DNA of 64,000 nt from Treponemataceae bacterium. Lineage in GTDB: Bacteria > Spirochaetota > Spirochaetia > Treponematales > Rectinemataceae. Positions 57,875-64,000 of the stretch are shown here, piece after piece. Position 1 is the first letter of the stretch, and every line of letters begins with the position of its first letter. Below the pieces are notes generated by a model. It saw nothing but the letters and a program-made list of their open reading frames with translations, was not told where the DNA came from and searched no databases. The position numbers and the translations under genes were made by a program. The stretch lies in NCBI GenBank assembly GCA_963678065.2, contig CAXXVZ010000003.1, positions 800,001 to 864,000 of the forward strand, in the 5' to 3' direction.

Positions 57875-59418
57875 TCTTCGTGCCTCTGCGTATCGACGAG
57901 CGCGTCGAGGAATCGCTGATACTCGCTGACCGAGCGTGTGGCAACTAGTGGAAGGTCTCTGGTTTGATGAAGGCCGCGGTACGGCGAAGGCGCCACTGCG
58001 GGCACTGGCGTCGTGCTGTTGACCGCGTCGATGAGATCCTGGGCGCTTGCAAGTCCTCTATCCAGGCAGAACTTCAATGCAAGCACGAGTTTCTCTCTGT
58101 CGATGTTGCGCTTGAGAAGCTTCCGAAGTCGGCCAGCGTGCTCCCGGAAGTAGCGTCGATACTCGGTATAGATACCATCGACGAAGCTCCCCCACTCGGG
58201 AAGATCATCTACTGCGGCGACAAGATCCGCGCGGAGCGTTTCCTGGGATCCTTCGCGATCGCGATAGTGAGCCTTGTCCAGCACCGTTCCGCCGGGTGTT
58301 GCCGCTTCGCGATGCGCCGCGATCTGGATACCCGTCTTCGTATCGAATACCAGGATGAGTCCGTCCTTGCGCTCGATAGTGACCTCGTTGAGCCGGTACG
58401 AGCTCGGCACCGAGTACCTGGTCGCGGCGATCGATATAAGGCTTTTCTGATCCACGTTACGGCTCTCTCGGCAGCCCGATGCGGTGTCCGCGCGGAAAAT
58501 AGACGCTCGGAGCGCCCGCAAGACGGGTTTCTCGTGCGCTTCGAAGTCCGCGAGCGGCATGAGACGCGTGGCTTGGCTCAGTTTTGCGTTCACTCGTAAG
58601 AGCCATTTGCGCATGCCTGCCTGGAGTTCGTCGAAGGTCGCGAAGCAGCGGCTCGAGAAATAGCTCGTTTTGACGTATTTGACCGCATTCTCGACCTTTC
58701 CTTTCGATTCCGGATCGGCCGCACGGCAGACACGGAGCCGCAGTCCCTGTTCTGCGACGAACTCAGCAAAGGCTTTTGTCGTCGTGAGGTCGCCAAGGTT
58801 TTCCGTCACAATCATTGTCCGGTCCTGATCCATGACGAGTTCTTCGGTGATACCGCCAAAAAACTCGAAGGCGTCCAGGAGATGGCCGATCACATCCTCG
58901 CTGGTAAAGGGCCTGGATTGGGCCGCTACGTAGCGGTAACGGCTTCGTGAGAGTACTACGACAACAAACCAAGCCTTTCCGATGTTCGTCGTCTCTACGC
59001 CGAAATCAATCTGAGCCTGCTTGCCGTAGGCCAGAGGCTCCACAGGACGATATTCCCGACACAGGCCCACCTTAATCGCACCGGATGCCTTGAGATACGT
59101 CAGGTAGTTCCGCAACGTACGGTCCGAGCCTGGAAGCTCTCCGTATTTCTCGCTTAAGTAGTCGTGGACGGACGATGAGTAGACCATCCTGCCTTCGTGG
59201 TTCTTTTTAAAAATCTCGAGGATTTCGTCCTTGTAGACCGAAAAAGCCTTACCGCGTTCTGCCATTCGCTCGAGATACCGTAAGAATTGGTCATTGTCCA
59301 TGCGCAGGTACTTTCTCACGGTCTTGCGGTCCTTGCCAAGTTTTACCGCTAGTGCGCTGACTGTGAGTCCTTGCCTGTGCCCTGTTCGTACGATGTTGTA
59401 GTCCTTCATGGTAATCAT
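57871..59418 (-). CDS. istA: IS21 transposase
   Basis: DRKTVRKY HTH, QAQIDFG, PESKGKVE, RYSVP. Confidence 0.92.
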   Translation of the reverse strand: MITMKDYNIVRTGHRQGLTVSALAVKLGKDRKTVRKYLRMDNDQFLRYLERMAERGKAFSVYKDEILEIFKKNHEGRMVYSSSVHDYLSEKYGELPGSDRTLRNYLTYLKASGAIKVGLCREYRPVEPLAYGKQAQIDFGVETTNIGKAWFVVVVLSRSRYRYVAAQSRPFTSEDVIGHLLDAFEFFGGITEELVMDQDRTMIVTENLGDLTTTKAFAEFVAEQGLRLRVCRAADPESKGKVENAVKYVKTSYFSSRCFATFDELQAGMRKWLLRVNAKLSQATRLMPLADFEAHEKPVLRALRASIFRADTASGCRESRNVDQKSLISIAATRYSVPSSYRLNEVTIERKDGLILVFDTKTGIQIAAHREAATPGGTVLDKAHYRDREGSQETLRADLVAAVDDLPEWGSFVDGIYTEYRRYFREHAGRLRKLLKRNIDREKLVLALKFCLDRGLASAQDLIDAVNSTTPVPAVAPSPYRGLHQTRDLPLVATRSVSEYQRFLDALVDTQRHEE

Positions 59419-60289
59419 TTCTTGTGCCGCATGCTCGCAAGCATAGCGGCCAAGGCCCCTGTGGGTGGGGAATTCTATTTGCCAACTGCTGGGGAATTCA
59501 GTTTACCATTTCCAGCCTGCAATGCCTCGATGACTTCCTTCATGACTGCTGGCGCCGTTGCCACCGCCTCGTCGATCTGCCCTTCGAGCCGCTTGATCCG
59601 AAGCGAACAATGCTCGACCTCGTTCACGTAATCTTCGAGCGTGCATTGTTGGGCCTGTTGGTCGAATTTCACCTGTGCCTTGACCCACGCCATATACTGC
59701 TGCGTCCACGCTCGTAGTTTCTCGGGTGGCCTCGTCCCATGCCTCAGGAGAAACTTGCCCAGCCGGTGTCGTGCCCGGAGTTCGTCGCGCTTCGCCGCCT
59801 CCCGCGCTCGAACGAGATCCCGCAATGCTTCGTGCGCGGCGTCCGGAACCCACACGGCCGTCAGCTCGCCGGCTCGATAACTCCTCGCAAGCCGCTCCGC
59901 ATCCCGACGATCCGTCTTGACCCGATCACCGGCTTTCATCGGCACCAAGGTCGGGGCGATTACCGCGCACTCGTTTCCGAGCTTCTCAAGTTGCCAGTAG
60001 AGTACGTATCCTGTCGGTCCCGCTTCATAACATGCCTTCCAGGTCCCTCCGGCGTTCAGTTTCTTCACGAGCCGTTGCACTGACTCAGGACGATTCGGCA
60101 CGGTCCCCAGAAACCTGACTTCACCCTCCGGCTCTGCCACCGCCACCGCGATCGTGTCCGCATGGACATCGAACCCTACACATCGCACCGCCTTTCCGCT
60201 ATACTTCTTCATGACCGCCCCCTTCGTATGTAGCTCTACGCTACCTTCTCCCGATCGTAGCGCAACCTACGCGTCTACGCTCGGGGCGG

Positions 60290-61732
60290 TCACTTCATTA
60301 TGACTAAACTATTCCTATACATTTGAAGTTTTCTTTTTAACAATCGATTCTGAATTGTTGTATATATATAAGATATAGTACAAGCAGTTCCAGAAAAAAT
60401 GTCTGCCACTGCAGCGACAGTTCTTAGTGAAAAACCGAGAAATATCATATTTGATTTCAATAAAGGTCCCCAAAAAGTTAAATAAACTGAAGTAAAAAAT
60501 ATCACAATATATACGCATGTGACAATGATCCCCGGCAATTTTTCGTTTCGACTACTAGCTATAGCACCTTCAGTAGCCTCCCAATTAAAACTATCTGCAC
60601 CACGCAACTGTAATAATACTTCCAATTTGGCCATATGAAAACCAAGATCATTCATTCCACTAATTAAAGAAAATAGTACCATGCCTGATAAGGCAGTTAG
60701 AATTGGAAGAAAGGCAATCATCTCAGTTTTATTGCTTATAACAGAATATACGAATAAGCCCGCCATCGCACTAAGTGATCCAACACTTACAGAAGAAAAA
60801 AAACTTTCTATCGCTAATATTTCTGAAAATCTGAGCTTATATGATTCTAAAAGCAGTTGAAAGTTTTCTTGGGCGCTTATTTTCAGGGTTTTTTGAGAAT
60901 CAATCAATTCTATCTGGTTTTTAAGAGTATCACTTCGTTCTTTGATAGTAGTGTCTTGTTTAGTTACGAGTTCAACAACTGGTACACCACCATAAGTTCG
61001 TCCTGATTGGAGCGTGGTGTTTTTAGGGACCAGACTATTAGCTCCTACTACAACATCATCTTCAAGAATTACACCAGGGAGAATGGTTGCATATTGTCCA
61101 ATTGTCACGCGATCCCCTATGTGAATCTGTTTCCGTATAATATTACCTCTCTCTCCAGAATGTCCATTCAACACACAATCACCACCAATTATACAATTCT
61201 CCCCGATATTAAGGATGCCCCAATCGTTTACACGCATGGAAGCAATTATTGTTCCCTTACCAATTTTTGCCCCCATGCCTCGATAGAATAAGCTTAATAG
61301 TGGCGTGCCTCGAATCAGGGGGAGAAATAAATGTTCTGCTAATATGAGGGATGCTTCTGATAAAAAAAAGGAGATATTTCTCCAATCATCTACCTTTCGC
61401 ACTCCTTCCCATTTTGAACCAGGCAAGATTTTATTAATAATTATTAGTAACAGTAATAAAACAAACCCAAATGTGACATATCCACTAATTATTGCTAGTG
61501 CAATTAATAACAAAGCGACTATCTTGGATGGTATGGTTATATTCAGTTCTGAAATATTAGTACCGATATATAATGCAGCTGATATAGCTATTGCGCAAAT
61601 GCAAATACCTAGGACATAAATCAGTGCATAGACTAACAAACGAGCTAGCTTGTAAAGTATTCGGATGACAAAATGATAAACGCTTGTAAATTTTTTAGTC
61701 ATGTAATCAATTATCTTCTTTAAATTCCACAT
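60290..61732 (-). CDS. Membrane protein with left-handed beta-helix acyltransferase domain; last codons replaced by the IS110 end
   Basis: GAKIGKGT, IGENCIIG, IGDRVTIG, PGVILEDDVVVGANSLV, YGGVP; N- and C-terminal TMs. Confidence 0.75.
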   Translation of the reverse strand: MWNLKKIIDYMTKKFTSVYHFVIRILYKLARLLVYALIYVLGICICAIAISAALYIGTNISELNITIPSKIVALLLIALAIISGYVTFGFVLLLLLIIINKILPGSKWEGVRKVDDWRNISFFLSEASLILAEHLFLPLIRGTPLLSLFYRGMGAKIGKGTIIASMRVNDWGILNIGENCIIGGDCVLNGHSGERGNIIRKQIHIGDRVTIGQYATILPGVILEDDVVVGANSLVPKNTTLQSGRTYGGVPVVELVTKQDTTIKERSDTLKNQIELIDSQKTLKISAQENFQLLLESYKLRFSEILAIESFFSSVSVGSLSAMAGLFVYSVISNKTEMIAFLPILTALSGMVLFSLISGMNDLGFHMAKLEVLLQLRGADSFNWEATEGAIASSRNEKLPGIIVTCVYIVIFFTSVYLTFWGPLLKSNMIFLGFSLRTVAAVADIFSGTACTISYIYTTIQNRLLKRKLQMYRNSLVIMK

Positions 61733-61751
61733 CTTGCATTTCTCCGTTTAA

Positions 61752-62298
61752 TCTCTACGGGTATAATTCCCCGCAGCTTGCTGCGTCGTAGTAAAATAGA
61801 GTATGAGTGAGTTTATCCATAAGAGCCATAATGTGTCAGTGTTGATGTATCACATAGTATGTCCTGCAAAGTATAGAAGAGTAGTAATAACGAATGATGT
61901 TGAAGATGAAATAAAGAAAATTTGTTTAGAAATTGAAAACAGATATGAAATACATTTTTTGGAGATAGGAACAGAAAAAGATCATGTACATTTTCTAGTA
62001 CAATCAGTACCAACAAGTAGTCCAAAACAAATAGTGCAAACAATAAAAAGTATAACCGCGAGAGAGCTATTTGCACGAAGGCCAGAAGTAAAAAGAATAT
62101 TATGGGGTGGAGAATTGTGGACGAAAGGGTACTATGTAGGCACAGTAGGGAAGTATGGCAATGAAGAAACAATAACGGAATATGTGAAGAATCAAGGAAG
62201 GAATCCCGTAGAGTATGAATCAATATATCAGAGCAAACAGCTAGCGTTGTTTGAATAGAGCTTCTTCATACCCCGCAGCTTGCTGCGGGGTAGTTGAT
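61752..62298 (+). mobile_element. tnpA: IS200 element copy 2; CDS 61803..62258
   Basis: Protein identical to copy 1; same 547-bp ends. Confidence 0.92.
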
Positions 62299-62845
62299 TC
62301 TCTACGGGTATAATTCCCCGCAGCTTGCTGCGTCGTAGTAAAATAGAGTATGAGTGAGTTTATCCATAAGAGCCATAATGTGTCAGTGTTGATGTATCAC
62401 ATAGTATGTCCTGCAAAGTATAGAAGAGTAGTAATAACGAATGATGTTGAAGATGAAATAAAGAAAATTTGTTTAGAAATTGAAAACAGATATGAAATAC
62501 ATTTTTTGGAGATAGGAACAGAAAAAGATCATGTACATTTTCTAGTACAATCAGTACCAACAAGTAGTCCAAAACAAATAGTGCAAACAATAAAAAGTAT
62601 AACCGCGAGAGAGCTATTTGCACGAAGGCCAGAAGTAAAAAGAATATTATGGGGTGGAGAATTGTGGACGAAAGGGTACTATGTAGGCACAGTAGGGAAG
62701 TATGGCAATGAAGAAACAATAACGGAATATGTGAAGAATCAAGGAAGGAATCCCGTAGAGTATGAATCAATATATCAGAGCAAACAGCTAGCGTTGTTTG
62801 AATAGAGCTTCTTCATACCCCGCAGCTTGCTGCGGGGTAGTTGAT
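62299..62845 (+). mobile_element. tnpA: IS200 element copy 3, tandem; CDS 62350..62805
   Basis: Protein identical; abuts copy 2 with no spacer. Confidence 0.9.
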
Positions 62846-62897
62846 TTTATCAATCTGGCTATTCCACACTATAACAATCCTTACTTCTCACCTAATG

Positions 62898-64000
62898 CTA
62901 TTCATTCGCTTTTGCTGTTTTTAGGTATTTTGAAGGACTTCGAAAAACATGTTTATCGATAAATACAGCAGACAAAATGAATACATTAATTACAAATAGT
63001 AATGCCATATCGACAGATATAACAATCTTATGCTTAAAATATCTATTTTTATAATCTACAATTGACATTAATAATCCGCAAAATAGTGGCCAACATAGTA
63101 TAGGGAGTAGGAAATATAATATAGTTGTGGATACACCTAATAGCATTGCTACAATTCCTGAAGACCAAAATAAGATAAAAAGAGGTGCAATGTATGGCAA
63201 CGAGAAAAACCTTAAGCAATCTATTCGTAAGAGAATTGGTATTTTCTTAGCAGTGCATGAAACAGAAATATGTCTATCAGCTAAATCCAACCATCCACGA
63301 GACCATCCAAAACGTTGATCAATGAACTCGGTCAATTTCTCTGGAACTAATGATTCAGTAGATATATCTTGGCGTAGCTCTACTTTGTATCCACCCAAAG
63401 CAAGTCTAAATGAAAGATCTATATCATCCAGGAGTAAAGACTCATCTATTTTGAATTGGTGCTTTTCAAATAACGAACGTGAAAAAAAACCTTGTCCTCC
63501 TCCATAAAAACTAAACCCTCCAATTTTTCCGTTTGCTTCAATTTCAAGACGTTCAATGATATTTCGCTCTACTGATTGAGCTCGAACCAAAATATTTTTC
63601 TCATTATTATGTGTTTGAAGCATTCCTTGAATAACCAATTCTTTTTTTGAGTTACCAAATATTCTTGATAGAGTAATGAGAGAATCTTGATCCATTGTGT
63701 GATCTGAATCCAAGAAAGCGACCACGTCGGTATGGGGAGCATTATATAACCCATATGCAATCGCTGCTCCGCGTCCTGCTGGTGGAGTTTTTTTTATTAC
63801 AACCACTATCCTATTGTCGGATTTAGCCTGCTTTTCGATATACTGTAGTGTACCGTCACTAGATGTCGATTCAATAATGTAGCAAAAATAGAGTGATCCA
63901 CAATAGATAAGCGATTGCATTTTCGGAATTGTTTTTTCTAGAATAGGACGTTCGTTTAGACATGGAATTATTAAGCATATGCTTGGCAAATTGCTACAGT
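62898..64000 (-). CDS. GT2-family processive glycosyltransferase, 5'-truncated by window edge
   Basis: IIPCLNE, FLDSD (DxD), DDIDLS, QRFGWSRG (QxxRW-like), C-terminal TMs; frame open to the edge. Confidence 0.8.
   Translation of the reverse strand, partial: CSNLPSICLIIPCLNERPILEKTIPKMQSLIYCGSLYFCYIIESTSSDGTLQYIEKQAKSDNRIVVVIKKTPPAGRGAAIAYGLYNAPHTDVVAFLDSDHTMDQDSLITLSRIFGNSKKELVIQGMLQTHNNEKNILVRAQSVERNIIERLEIEANGKIGGFSFYGGGQGFFSRSLFEKHQFKIDESLLLDDIDLSFRLALGGYKVELRQDISTESLVPEKLTEFIDQRFGWSRGWLDLADRHISVSCTAKKIPILLRIDCLRFFSLPYIAPLFILFWSSGIVAMLLGVSTTILYFLLPILCWPLFCGLLMSIVDYKNRYFKHKIVISVDMALLFVINVFILSAVFIDKHVFRSPSKYLKTAKANE

Larger units (their letters stand above)
57073..59514 (-). mobile_element. 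IS21-family element
   Basis: TG...CA ends (TGGAAATGG/CCATTTCCA), 7-bp TSD GCCTGCA, istA-istB pair. Confidence 0.92.
56326..60298 (-). mobile_element. IS110/IS1111-type element, transposase split by IS21 (N-part 59515..60212, C-part 56633..57072)
   Basis: GFDVHADTI, YEAGPTG, KTDRRDA, SSG, AVAREM; subterminal IR ATGAAGTGACC/GGTCACTTCAT. Confidence 0.88.

Overview
The window starts in host core DNA: a 5'-truncated class II ribonucleotide reductase (nrdJ), arginine deiminase (arcA) divergent from an arginine-synthetase/cDPGS-like P-loop enzyme, and tRNA-Gly(TCC). A spirochaete host is suggested only by gene style, so this is a weak inference. From the tRNA onward the window is an accessory island and no attR is visible. 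(1) 6.3-33.4 kb is a defective or streamlined siphovirus-type prophage: integrase, terminases, portal, scaffold, capsid, neck, Dit/RBP/Tal-like genes and a lysis module with two fully overlapping spanin-like ORFs. It lacks recognisable repressor, replication, tail-tube and full tape-measure genes. Its head module is split by an ~11 kb insert with structured repeats, IS630 ends, a GH17 lipoprotein and a minus-strand integron cassette array without integrase, which carries group II intron and IS110 relics. (2) 33.5-47.1 kb is a defence cluster: a thermonuclease pseudogene, an FRG protein and a DUF499-ATPase / DUF3780-like / DUF1156-methylase / PLD-SNF2 restriction-like operon with an ABC-ATPase + DUF4276 pair nested inside. 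(3) 47.2-64 kb is a second minus-strand cassette array heavily hit by IS200, IS1634, IS110::IS21 and an intron relic. Its most striking member is a tyrosine recombinase + IS91-type (Y2 HUH) transposase pair packaged exactly like an integron cassette with its own atypical attC. All calls are by eye from sequence and motif recognition; no database searches were run.
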